From assembly GCA_044892525.1 (NCBI GenBank), contig CM097885.1, positions 32,490,001 through 32,554,000 of the forward strand: 64,000 nucleotides of DNA, in the 5' to 3' direction. Positions 14,557 through 24,521 of the stretch are shown here, piece after piece. The stretch is from Schmidtea polychroa (lineage: Eukaryota). The position numbers were made by a program, and so were the translations under genes. Within the stretch, counting starts at the first letter, position 1, and each line of letters begins with the position of its first letter. Below the pieces are notes generated by a model that saw only the letters and a program-made list of their open reading frames with translations, made no database searches and had not been told where the DNA came from.

Positions 14557-15220
14557 GTCTAATGATAGTGGATAGTTTTCGTTTCGTGTCCGCAGATTAT
14601 CGCGAATATGCGGCTCTATCTCAATATTTTTTTCTTATGAGTTGAATTAATCATACGACTTTCTAAAAAACATCATTTATCATAAATATAACTGTATCTT
14701 CTTGCTTTATTTCATCCTTATTTCATAAAAGGTCAAAAATTACAAAAATCGTTGTCCCATATTACTGGATAGTTTACACGAAAAGCTTAAAATGCTCTAT
14801 AATTAGTCAAAAATTAAAGAAAGTAACGACAATTTTGAACTTATTTGTTCACATTTCACAACCTATCATTTTGACATTTCATTTTTGTGTTTTTTTGTAA
14901 ACACCATTTCAGTTTTTCGACATAAAAGTTTAAATTTTTTCAAAATTTATCCATAAATATGGAACAAAATAAACGCGAACTTCCCAATGAACAAAGAAGG
15001 CTAATATATGAGGATTTGCTAAGTGAAAGCGACAACGGAATTCTTCAGAGGGGTCCAAAATTGTATGATTGAAAGCTTCAAAGTCAATGGAGGGAACAAT
15101 TACAAGCAACCACATATGCCCAATGGTCGTCAAATCAACAATAGCACTCTACCTGTATTTTTAGAAGTAAAAGCAGAAATATTACAAATGCTATTTCCGT
15201 TCTAAATAAATAGAAAGTTT

Positions 15221-15552
15221 AGTAGTGAGGAATCTATGCACCCCAGCACCCCCACCCTCAAAAAAACAGCGCTATTGACCCATATTTTCCACATTTATAT
15301 GCTTTTTTACCCCATATTCTTCACTTTTTTTAACTTTTAAACTTTGTCCCCTATTGCCATTAACCCTTAATTTCTTCCCTTAAAAGTAAAAAAGTTCGGA
15401 ATAGATGTATTTATAGATTAGTAATTCCGAGAAAAGGTAACGGGGTGCATAGATTCCTCACTACTTGGTCTTAAGGATTAAATGTTATAAGGATTTAATG
15501 TTATAAGAATATCAGATTACCTAATTCATAATGATCTAGGTCGCCTGATCAC
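15221..15552 (+). repeat. Polinton left terminal inverted repeat (332 bp)
   Basis: Reverse complement of 29841-30173. By eye the only differences are a 1-nt A-run indel (A7 vs T8) and one G/A substitution. Confidence 0.95.
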
Positions 15553-15625
15553 TTTTAGATTTAAAAAAAATAAAAATTAATATCAAAACCAAAACATCGT
15601 ATCCAACCAAAAGATTCTTTTAAAA

Positions 15626-18600
15626 ATGGAAGCTATTTTCAATTGTGAAATTTGTGAAAAAAATTTTAAAAATAAAACTGCTTTAACATCTCATAAAAAA
15701 TCAAAAGACCATTTAATAAAAGCTAACACACTAGATGACACTAATTCCAAAATCTGTACTAAATGTAAGGATAGATATTTATTTTCAGGTTATAAGAAGC
15801 ATTTTAAAAATTGTATTGGAGTTCCTAAAAACAGAGAAATATTCGAATGTTCAGCATGTGGAAAAACGATGAGGATAAAATCTTTTTACTTAAGACACAT
15901 AGAAGATTGTGGTCTTGAAGCAAAAGATTCTGATTCAAACTCAATGACTGAAAAAGCTGAAAAACTAGAGTTTAATTGGGACAACTTCAATCACACCGAT
16001 GTAATTGCAGAAGTAAAACGAGGACCCAGATCAATCATGCAATATATAAGAGAAAATAAAAAAAAAATAATATCATCAATGGATGATGCTATAAAAAAAT
16101 TTGGTAGATCAAGATTTAATGTTATAAAAGTTAAATTTACAGGAAATGCAAAATACTGGAGAGGAGATGATTCGATCGCAATGCCTCTAGATGTAAAAAT
16201 TGAAACCTCATATAAATATTTATTTTCTACAAAAGCAGGAAATAAACTTGTTAATGATATAGCTAAAGAATTGGAAGAAAAACAAGAACAGGTGGAACAA
16301 GAACTAGGAGAATCTAATTTAAGATTCCACTCTTTTCAAAATATAGAGATTGAATACTGGAGAGGCGCACCACCAAATCCTAAATCTTTTATTCACACAC
16401 CATTCACCTCCAACCATGTTATAAATGTACAGAATAAAGATAATAAATGTTTTCAATGGTCAATACTTGCACACTTACATCCTCAAGCAACTAACCCACA
16501 GAGAGTTCAAAAATATGAAGAATATGAATCTGAATTAATTTATCCAAAAGATTTTTCCCACCCAATGAAAATTGAAGATGTTCCAGCATTTGAAAAATTA
16601 AATAATCTTAAAATTAATATTTATCAATTCATTCCAACCAAAATTACAAAAACTAGAAAAAATAAAAATTATAAACACATTATTCCTATTTACATTTCTA
16701 ACATGGAAATCTCAGATGAAAAGAGAGAAGTAGATCTTTTAATATTAGAAGAAGGTAAACCAGATGAAGACTTTGATGGAGAAGAATATGGTGAAGAGGT
16801 TCAAAGCGTTCACCCGAGGAGAGAAGCAGAAGAAGGCATTTCATTAGAACCAGAAGCAGAAAGCACTGCGTCCGGAGGCACTATGTTAGATAAAAAACTT
16901 CATTATATCTTAATAAAGAATTTTCAAAGTTTTATGAAAGGAAACACACTCATTCGTGGAGGCATATGTTGTAAAAGATGTTTATATCATTCAAGTTCAA
17001 AACTTGCTGCTATTAAACATGAGAGACTCTGTTGTAAGAATCAACCTGCTTTAATAAAAATGCCACACAAGAAAAATGCTAATATGAGGTTTAAAAACTA
17101 TTCCAATCTATTAGAAGCATTGGGAGTGGTTTATTGTGATTTTGAAGCTATAAATGTAAAACTAAGACGAACAAAAACTAATACTGTAAAACTAACAAAA
17201 CAATTACCCTCTGCTTATAAAATGTTTTTTAAAAGTAATTATCCAGAACTTGTAGAATCTAGAGAATATTCATTTAGAGGAACTTCTGACAAAGAGACTC
17301 TAGATCATTTTGTTAAAACTTTAAATAATCTAGAACATGAATTATATATAATATTAAAATCCAACTTTCCTATGAATTTTTCAGAAGAACAAGAGGAAGA
17401 ATATAAAAATGCAACACACTGCTGGATGTGTAAACAAGAGTTTGAGGATGAGGAGCCAAAGGTTGCAGACCATGATCATTTTAAAAGAGAAAATAATTAC
17501 AGAGGAGCAGCCCATAAAAATTGTAATCTCAATTGTAAAAAACCAACACACATACCATTTATATTTCACAATCTTTTTGGCTATGATATTCACCTATTCA
17601 TTAAGCATCTGGCCGCAAATGCTAAAAACTCTTTCAAGGTTATTGGACTTACAAAAGAAAAATATAAAAGCATTCAATATGGATGCTTTAAGTTTTTGGA
17701 CTCCTTAAATTTTTTAGGGATGTCTTTGGATGGCATTGCTAAAACTATGAACCCTGAGGATTTTAAATATACAAAAGAACATGTGTTATTAAAAAACAAT
17801 ATTCCATTAGAGGAATATAATACCTGTCTAGCAAAAGGAATCTATCCATATGATTATATAGACTCCTTTGAAAAATATAATGAATTACTCCCACCCCAAG
17901 AAGATTTCTTTTCTGTTTTAACACAATCAGGGATTTCTGATCAGGAATATTCCCGTGCAGTTAAAATGTGGAATCTATTTAACTGTAGAAACCTTGGAGA
18001 ATATACTGACATGTATCTTTCCTTGGATGTTTATATCTTAGCTGATTGCTTCGAGACATTTTCAAAAGCTTTTGAATTAAAACCTTATAATTATATAACC
18101 GCTCCCTCTCTAGCTTGGGATATATTATTATATACCATATGGACTGATGAAGATGTAGCAGTAAGAAATAAAACTATTGAATTATTAGTTGAGCTTGATA
18201 TGTTTAATGTATATAAACATAATATTAGAGGAGGTATTTCTTCAGTACAAGGGAATAGAGAAATAAATGCTAATAATTTTACAACTCTTTATCCTAAATT
18301 TTTCAAAGATCCTGATGCTCTATATGTAGAAATAACAAACCCAGAAGATCGTAAGGAAATAATGGAAGGTCTTTCTAATCCTTCTGAAATAATGTATATA
18401 GATGCAACAGCTTTATATGCGGGAGTAATGACTCAATACCTTCCAATTAGCAAGTTCACCTGGGAAGAGCCCACTGAGGAATTAATACAAGAAATTCTAA
18501 AAACACCAAAAGATTCTCAATTTGGATATGTCATAGAATGCGATCTTGAATATCCCAATGAAATAAAATCCAGGACAAGATTCTTTCCATTTGCTCCAGT

Positions 18601-20005
18601 AAGAAGAAAGATCTCGACTGAAGAACTTTCAGACTGGCAGATGGCTCAGGATAGATCGCCCTGTATAAAACTTTTATGCGATCAGACCGATAAAACTGAT
18701 TACCTTTGTCATTATAGACTCCTTCAGTTTTATCTCTCCCATGGAATGGTTTTAAAAAAAGTACATTCCATTATTAAATTTCGACAAGCCCCTTTTATGA
18801 AAAAATTCATAGAGGGAAATATTTTGAAAAGAAATGCAGCAAAGAGAGCTGGAAATGCATTTCTTGATATGATTTACAAACTCCTGAACAATGCGGTCTT
18901 TGGAAAGACCATGGAGAATATAGACAAGTACACACGTGTAGAGCTTTTGACCAATACATCCAAAGACCTTAATAGGTACAACCGGATAATTGGAAAGCCC
19001 ACATTTAAAAATGCCGAGATATTCTCTAGTAACCTTATAGCCATAGAGATTAAAAACTCTGTAAAAACTTATAATAAACCAATCTTTATAGGGTTTTCAA
19101 TTTTAGAACTTTCAAAGCTTCAAATGTATGAAGCCTACTATGATGTTCTAGTACCACATTTTGGAGATCGAATATCCATGCATGCTATGGACACTGATAG
19201 TATGTTTTTAAAAGGTCATAGTAAAGATTTAAAAAAGGAAATAAGTGAAAACGAAACCTTAAATAAATTAATAAACAACTCTGGAGAATTATTTACTTTT
19301 AAAGATGAAAAACCAAATACTCCAATAAGTGGAGGAGTGTTTATTAGACCTAAACAATATTCTCTTGAAATGAAAGACAAACCAATTATGAAAGAGCATA
19401 CAATAAAATTTATAATAGGGGAGGGAGAAGGATCTGTTGAAATAGATCACACATTTGAATATCCTTCATTCCCTGAAAACCCGAAAAGCTATAAAGAAAA
19501 TAAAAGTAAAGGAATTCAAAAATCAGTGTCAAAAACCTTCACACATCAAGAGTATAAAGATTCATTAAATATAAATTATAAAAATAAAATTGCTAAAACC
19601 CATCATCTTAAATCAGAGAAACATAATATATATCTTGAAGAGTGTAACAAGATTGCTATAACAAATTATGATGATAAAAGATTTATACTTTCTGACTTGA
19701 AGACAACATTACCTATTGGAAATGATTTAATCCCTATAATAAAAAATCTTGATAAAATAAATGAAATTTATAACCTAGAGATTACAGACCTTCAACTTGC
19801 TAAAGTAGAAATCCAATATCCTGAAATATTAATTCCTAAACCTTTATATAATCAAGTTCAAAATATAAAACCTATAGAACTTAAATATTTTAATACTGAT
19901 CCTGAATATATCCAAGGACTAACACCAGAAGACTTTAAATCACATAAATTAATGTTAAAAAGCATTACTGCAGAAATAATTATAAATCAATTACGACTGG
20001 TCTAA
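15626..20005 (+). CDS. pPolB: Protein-primed family B DNA polymerase (N-terminal C2H2 zinc fingers, TP/vOTU region, EndoVII-like insert, exo and pol domains)
   Basis: 1459 aa. Motifs: CEIC..H..H zinc finger; NKDNKCFQWSI...HYILIK (vOTU-like); YCDFE, HNLFGYD and YLSLDV exonuclease motifs; CWMC..DHDH..YRGAAH..CN endonuclease VII; YIDATALY, KLLNNAVFGK and DTDS polymerase motifs; DDKR. Confidence 0.97.
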   Translation: MEAIFNCEICEKNFKNKTALTSHKKSKDHLIKANTLDDTNSKICTKCKDRYLFSGYKKHFKNCIGVPKNREIFECSACGKTMRIKSFYLRHIEDCGLEAKDSDSNSMTEKAEKLEFNWDNFNHTDVIAEVKRGPRSIMQYIRENKKKIISSMDDAIKKFGRSRFNVIKVKFTGNAKYWRGDDSIAMPLDVKIETSYKYLFSTKAGNKLVNDIAKELEEKQEQVEQELGESNLRFHSFQNIEIEYWRGAPPNPKSFIHTPFTSNHVINVQNKDNKCFQWSILAHLHPQATNPQRVQKYEEYESELIYPKDFSHPMKIEDVPAFEKLNNLKINIYQFIPTKITKTRKNKNYKHIIPIYISNMEISDEKREVDLLILEEGKPDEDFDGEEYGEEVQSVHPRREAEEGISLEPEAESTASGGTMLDKKLHYILIKNFQSFMKGNTLIRGGICCKRCLYHSSSKLAAIKHERLCCKNQPALIKMPHKKNANMRFKNYSNLLEALGVVYCDFEAINVKLRRTKTNTVKLTKQLPSAYKMFFKSNYPELVESREYSFRGTSDKETLDHFVKTLNNLEHELYIILKSNFPMNFSEEQEEEYKNATHCWMCKQEFEDEEPKVADHDHFKRENNYRGAAHKNCNLNCKKPTHIPFIFHNLFGYDIHLFIKHLAANAKNSFKVIGLTKEKYKSIQYGCFKFLDSLNFLGMSLDGIAKTMNPEDFKYTKEHVLLKNNIPLEEYNTCLAKGIYPYDYIDSFEKYNELLPPQEDFFSVLTQSGISDQEYSRAVKMWNLFNCRNLGEYTDMYLSLDVYILADCFETFSKAFELKPYNYITAPSLAWDILLYTIWTDEDVAVRNKTIELLVELDMFNVYKHNIRGGISSVQGNREINANNFTTLYPKFFKDPDALYVEITNPEDRKEIMEGLSNPSEIMYIDATALYAGVMTQYLPISKFTWEEPTEELIQEILKTPKDSQFGYVIECDLEYPNEIKSRTRFFPFAPVRRKISTEELSDWQMAQDRSPCIKLLCDQTDKTDYLCHYRLLQFYLSHGMVLKKVHSIIKFRQAPFMKKFIEGNILKRNAAKRAGNAFLDMIYKLLNNAVFGKTMENIDKYTRVELLTNTSKDLNRYNRIIGKPTFKNAEIFSSNLIAIEIKNSVKTYNKPIFIGFSILELSKLQMYEAYYDVLVPHFGDRISMHAMDTDSMFLKGHSKDLKKEISENETLNKLINNSGELFTFKDEKPNTPISGGVFIRPKQYSLEMKDKPIMKEHTIKFIIGEGEGSVEIDHTFEYPSFPENPKSYKENKSKGIQKSVSKTFTHQEYKDSLNINYKNKIAKTHHLKSEKHNIYLEECNKIAITNYDDKRFILSDLKTTLPIGNDLIPIIKNLDKINEIYNLEITDLQLAKVEIQYPEILIPKPLYNQVQNIKPIELKYFNTDPEYIQGLTPEDFKSHKLMLKSITAEIIINQLRLV

Positions 20006-20029
20006 GAATTAGAATTTTAACACTATAAA

Positions 20030-20584
20030 ATGATGGAAACTAAAAATCAAGAAAATAACATTTTTGAAATTATAAAAAATATTACTAATTTAAAGGATAA
20101 CAGATGTAAAGGAATACAGAGAGTGGTTGCAAAGAATCTTTCTCATCAAGATTATATAGATACATTGAATCCAAATCATAAAGATAAAATTGATGAAATA
20201 CATCAACTTAAAAGTGAAAACCATGATATTCACTTGATAGAATCTCAAAAAGTATCATTATCAAATTATGATGATAAGAGATTCATACTAAGTGATTTAA
20301 AGACAACTCTACCTATTGGAAATAATTTAATCCCTATAATAAAAAATCTAGAAAAGTTGAATAAGTTATATGATACAAAGATTACTGATCTTGATATTTA
20401 TAATGTTGAAATTATTTATCCCGAGAGAGAAATCGAGAAACCTTTATATTCTCAAGTTTTTAATCCTATATGTTTAGAACTTAAATATTTTAATACTGAT
20501 CCTGAATATATAAAAGGTCTAAGTGATAAAGAATTTAAAGACCATAAATTAATGATTCATAGGTTGGCTTTCAACCATAACTGA
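20030..20584 (+). CDS. Stand-alone paralogue of the pPolB C-terminal (thumb plus extension) region
   Basis: 184 aa; aligns without gaps over ~155 aa to the pPolB residues encoded at 19493-19957 (about 60% identity by hand count); has its own TAAAATG start. Confidence 0.88.
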   Translation: MMETKNQENNIFEIIKNITNLKDNRCKGIQRVVAKNLSHQDYIDTLNPNHKDKIDEIHQLKSENHDIHLIESQKVSLSNYDDKRFILSDLKTTLPIGNNLIPIIKNLEKLNKLYDTKITDLDIYNVEIIYPEREIEKPLYSQVFNPICLELKYFNTDPEYIKGLSDKEFKDHKLMIHRLAFNHN

Positions 20585-20678
20585 AACCAACGATATTTAA
20601 TTTTTTAATAATAAAATGTCGACAATTAATTTAAGCAACTATAGCAACCTGATCTACTTTTTTAAAAATACACCCATT

Positions 20679-21275
20679 TTATAAGTAAGAATTCTTTAAC
20701 CATTTTTCTCGAGATGTTTTTTTATTACTTATAACATTAGCCACCATGCCCTCCCTTTTTAATCTTATAACCTCATTCTTTATATCTTGTATTATTTGAT
20801 TTGATTTCATTATTTCTTCGTCTGTCAGGATTCCATCTTCCAAAGCTTTTAATTGAAATAAAAATAATTTAGAGATTCCTAATTCTATTGATAAACAAAC
20901 TTCTCTATATAAACTTTTCTTTTTAGAAGTATAAGATAATGAAACTATTTCAGTTAAGAAACCATCAGCTACAGAAATACTTCCAAGTATTACTGGCGCA
21001 AGTGTTAAAACTGGTAAAGTTATGGGTAAAATAACTGTTAATATTGCAGATGCAAATCCTAAAGAATAACCTATAACTTTTAAAACTGTATTCCCTTTAT
21101 TCCATCTATTTTTAATTTTTTTATAATGCTTTAATAAATCTTGTAAATGTAAGGTTTCTGATTTAAATTCTTTTACTCTCATAATTTCAAGTTCTGTGGG
21201 AGCCGAGGCCTTGGAAGAATAATATCCTGATGATCTCAATTCTGGGTAAATTTTTTCTTCTCTTACTTCTTCCAT
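20679..21275 (-). CDS. Polinton hypothetical membrane protein (coiled coil plus two hydrophobic helices)
   Basis: 198 aa; hydrophobic VIGYSLGFASAILTVILPITLPVLTLAPVILGSISV segment followed by KALEDGILTDEE; tightly packed in the gene cluster with a TAAAATG start. Confidence 0.8.
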   Translation of the reverse strand: MEEVREEKIYPELRSSGYYSSKASAPTELEIMRVKEFKSETLHLQDLLKHYKKIKNRWNKGNTVLKVIGYSLGFASAILTVILPITLPVLTLAPVILGSISVADGFLTEIVSLSYTSKKKSLYREVCLSIELGISKLFLFQLKALEDGILTDEEIMKSNQIIQDIKNEVIRLKREGMVANVISNKKTSREKWLKNSYL

Positions 21276-21283
21276 TTTAATAA

Positions 21284-22294
21284 TTAAAAAAATAAGACTT
21301 TATTCTTCTGAGCACCATCTGGCACCAATACTCGGATATCAAAAGAAAATCTTGTTGAGAGGATGTCTTTATACAATTCTCTCAATGCTTTACGAACTTC
21401 ATCAACATCAACCTTTTTTTCATAAAATATTAAATCTATATATTGTACAAGTGAACTAGAAAAATGAATATTCTTACTTTTAACTTTATGTAGTCCATGT
21501 GAATGAGTATTAACATACCAATCTCCGTGTGGTAAATCATAACTAGTCATTATAACATCACCCTTTTCAAGCTTACTATTATAATCACATTTCACAAACC
21601 ATTTCATTCTTTCATTATCATCATCAAACAAAAAGAAATAAGGATCAATAATTTTTACAACCATAAAAACACCCCATTCTTTACTGTTTGTTGTTATTAA
21701 ACTTGGTTCTATAAAATGTTTATATGTATGGGGTAATAATGTTTTATTCTGTTCTAATTCAGCAGCTCTTTTTCTAATACTATGTGTGGTGTTAATGTGT
21801 GTTCCATGAGACTCTAAATTTGAAATTCTTTTATTAAATGATGTAATCATCTCATTTATTATATTATATATTGCATTAAATTTAGTATTCATAATTTGTT
21901 TATCTTTAGAATTTAATATAGCAGTATTTAACTTTACAACTTGTTCAGTTAACAGACTTTGTAACTTGTCAAATTTATCATTAAATCGTTGTTCGATATT
22001 ATTAAGCTTTGATTCCATTGAATCAATTTTTGTTGTTAATGAACTTTCAATTCTTGTTGTTGTTAAATCAGTATATTTTTTAACACCATCTACATATTTC
22101 TTATTAACTGCATCAGCTTCATCAGTTGGAAAAGATAATTCTTTTATCTTGTGTCCATTTAAAATTAAATCACCCTTCATTGAATCACCTCTTTCATTAA
22201 TATATTTATTTTCTGTTAAAGTTAATATTTCTTCTGTATTAAACCCTGTTTTTATTGTTCCACCACCTCTATTACATGGAATATAAGAACTCAT
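21284..22294 (-). CDS. Putative fibre/spike protein
   Basis: 336 aa; MKGDLILNGHKIKELSFPTDEADAVNKKYVD tail-fibre/adhesin neck-type motif, then a long coiled coil and a beta-rich C-terminal head; adjacent to the penton gene. Confidence 0.7.
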   Translation of the reverse strand: MSSYIPCNRGGGTIKTGFNTEEILTLTENKYINERGDSMKGDLILNGHKIKELSFPTDEADAVNKKYVDGVKKYTDLTTTRIESSLTTKIDSMESKLNNIEQRFNDKFDKLQSLLTEQVVKLNTAILNSKDKQIMNTKFNAIYNIINEMITSFNKRISNLESHGTHINTTHSIRKRAAELEQNKTLLPHTYKHFIEPSLITTNSKEWGVFMVVKIIDPYFFLFDDDNERMKWFVKCDYNSKLEKGDVIMTSYDLPHGDWYVNTHSHGLHKVKSKNIHFSSSLVQYIDLIFYEKKVDVDEVRKALRELYKDILSTRFSFDIRVLVPDGAQKNKVLFF

Positions 22295-22318
22295 TTATTA
22301 ATAATTTAAAATGAATCT

Positions 22319-23083
22319 TCAAACCTGTTTCAAATGTAAATACATTGAAATCTCTTCTCCATTAAAATCAATCAATTCTCCTTCTTGATTAAGAATTTTA
22401 AAATTAATATCCATTATATATTTTCTACATAAAGGTAAATAATTTGGAGGATTCATTCTTTCAACTATTTTATATCCCATAGGAACTGTGTTTGAGGGAA
22501 AGGAATATAAAACATTTGTTTGTTTACCATTATTATAAGAACCTGTTATACAATCGCAATGAATATTTATTGTGTTTGTATTTATTATTTTGATAATATG
22601 TTCTGATGTTATTATTTTATCTTCTTTTATTGTTATATCCATAGGTTTAAATCCTAAAACTGTGTGAAAGAAACAATTATCTAAAAAACTAATTTTTATA
22701 TTCTTCAAAGTCATTACACATTTTGAAGTTGGTATATCCATTTTAATTTTAATTCCTTCATTTGTTTTTTTAGAAAGTATATCATTTAAATCTTTTATCT
22801 CATATGCCCCAGGTTCTATTGTTATAATTTCTGGTTTATGCCCATCACGAGTTTGAATAGTAAATTTATTATTATCTTTAGTTATATTAAAAATAGTATT
22901 ATAAGCACAAAACCATAATAGCCCCAATTCATAATTTAAATTTTGATCTAATTTAATTGAATCTTGAAAGTTTATAGTAAACTCTGATTCTTTTGAATTT
23001 ATAGATAAAGTTCTTGAATATTTATCTGACATTATGTTTACCATTTTTTTTAAATTATCTTCCGGAGGGTTGTGAAGCTCCAT
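22319..23083 (-). CDS. Minor capsid protein (penton, single jelly-roll)
   Basis: 254 aa; YELGL, IEPGAYEI.DLN, INIHCDCITGSY.NG and YLPL...I.F.I.NQ.GELIDFNGE motifs typical of Polinton mCP. Confidence 0.9.
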   Translation of the reverse strand: MELHNPPEDNLKKMVNIMSDKYSRTLSINSKESEFTINFQDSIKLDQNLNYELGLLWFCAYNTIFNITKDNNKFTIQTRDGHKPEIITIEPGAYEIKDLNDILSKKTNEGIKIKMDIPTSKCVMTLKNIKISFLDNCFFHTVLGFKPMDITIKEDKIITSEHIIKIINTNTINIHCDCITGSYNNGKQTNVLYSFPSNTVPMGYKIVERMNPPNYLPLCRKYIMDINFKILNQEGELIDFNGEEISMYLHLKQV

Positions 23084-23131
23084 TTCTTTAGTAGTAAATT
23101 CATATAGTAAAAATCCTTATAGTAAAAATCC

Positions 23132-24499
23132 TTATAGTAGAGATTCTAGATCATTATAAATTTCTTGAATTATAGATTCAAAATCCTGCGTATGCCCCTT
23201 TCCCTCTCCCTTATTCAATCTATACAAAACATATAAACTTAAAATACCACATATTTTAGTATTCAAAGGTTGAACTTGTAAAGAGTTAAAAGTATAACCA
23301 TTTGGGGAATCAATCGGAGAACCCCTCAAGAGATAATCTTCAACTTCTTTAGTAGGTTTAATCCCAAAAGAATCAAAGTAGATAGATTTCTTATATATAC
23401 AAACCCAATGAGATCCTTTTTCATTTGAATTTTGATAATTGATTATTATATTCAGGGGACTCTCCAGACTTGATAATTCATCATTCATTAATATTTTAAT
23501 TTTTAAATTTAAATAATTTGCATAATCTTTTAAATCAAAATTTGTTTTTGCATTTATTCCAAATGTTTTTAAAAAATCTAATATTGAAGGAGTCATTTTG
23601 TATTTTAAAACTTCGTATTTATACTTCGTATACTTATTAAATTTATCTTTTGAAATTATTCCTTGTTTTAACAAATCTTTAGAAATCTTTAAAATATCAG
23701 AATCTAAATTATTATGTCCTGCTTTCCTTGCAGCTAATAGTTTTCTTAATTCAATAAAAAGATTGATGGGATTTGGTTTACCACCTTCACTAATTAATCC
23801 CTCTCCCTCTGTAACAACATAACCCTTTTCATTTTTATTTAAATAATTCTTTAAATCTTGAATATATTTTGCTTTAGAACTAGCTCTTATTAATCTTATT
23901 AAATTTAAATATTTTTTAATTTCTTCAACATCATCTGAAGAATATCCACAAAGTAATCTATAAAAATCATCTGTAAATTCAAAGTCTAAATATTCATTAT
24001 TATAAACATTTTGTGAATGAATACGTGATTTATTTTCTGAATTTGAATATAAAGTAAAGTTTTGTTTATTAATTGTTATTATTTGATATCCTTCAGTATT
24101 AGTATTAAATGTGGGTCTAATTGAAGGAGGTAAATCATCTCTAATTTTAGGATCAACTTTAAGAGGTTTTGTTTTTAAAAACATTTCTTCTTCTTCCACA
24201 TTAGAAATTCTTCTGCGTTTTCTTTGATTTCTTTCAGGATGGTTTTCACTGGATTCTTTTTCTTTATCCTGCCACTCTAGTTCTTTTATTTTTTGTTTTT
24301 TATCTTCTAACTCTTTAAATTTTGCTTGCTCATTGAAATCTTCCAACTCTTTTATAGCTTTAATTGTTGGCCCCTGTTGTTGTGTTATTACCTCATTTAA
24401 TATTATAGATTCAGCATGTTGAGTTGTATCTTTTTTATTATATTTATCTTGTTCTGATTGTAATTTTTTTAAAAGTGCTAATCTTTCTTCATATACCAT
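23132..24499 (-). CDS. Fusion of a Polinton conserved protein (L..LLA...AGxN motif) with a C-terminal adenain-like cysteine maturation protease
   Basis: 455 aa. LRKLLAARKAGHNN...LLKQGII precedes GSHWV, YFDSFG and Q....ICG (catalytic H/D/C plus oxyanion Q). There is an in-frame AAAATG at 23596. Confidence 0.88.
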   Translation of the reverse strand: MVYEERLALLKKLQSEQDKYNKKDTTQHAESIILNEVITQQQGPTIKAIKELEDFNEQAKFKELEDKKQKIKELEWQDKEKESSENHPERNQRKRRRISNVEEEEMFLKTKPLKVDPKIRDDLPPSIRPTFNTNTEGYQIITINKQNFTLYSNSENKSRIHSQNVYNNEYLDFEFTDDFYRLLCGYSSDDVEEIKKYLNLIRLIRASSKAKYIQDLKNYLNKNEKGYVVTEGEGLISEGGKPNPINLFIELRKLLAARKAGHNNLDSDILKISKDLLKQGIISKDKFNKYTKYKYEVLKYKMTPSILDFLKTFGINAKTNFDLKDYANYLNLKIKILMNDELSSLESPLNIIINYQNSNEKGSHWVCIYKKSIYFDSFGIKPTKEVEDYLLRGSPIDSPNGYTFNSLQVQPLNTKICGILSLYVLYRLNKGEGKGHTQDFESIIQEIYNDLESLL

Positions 24500-24521
24500 T
24501 TTAATGGTATCAAAAATGGTA

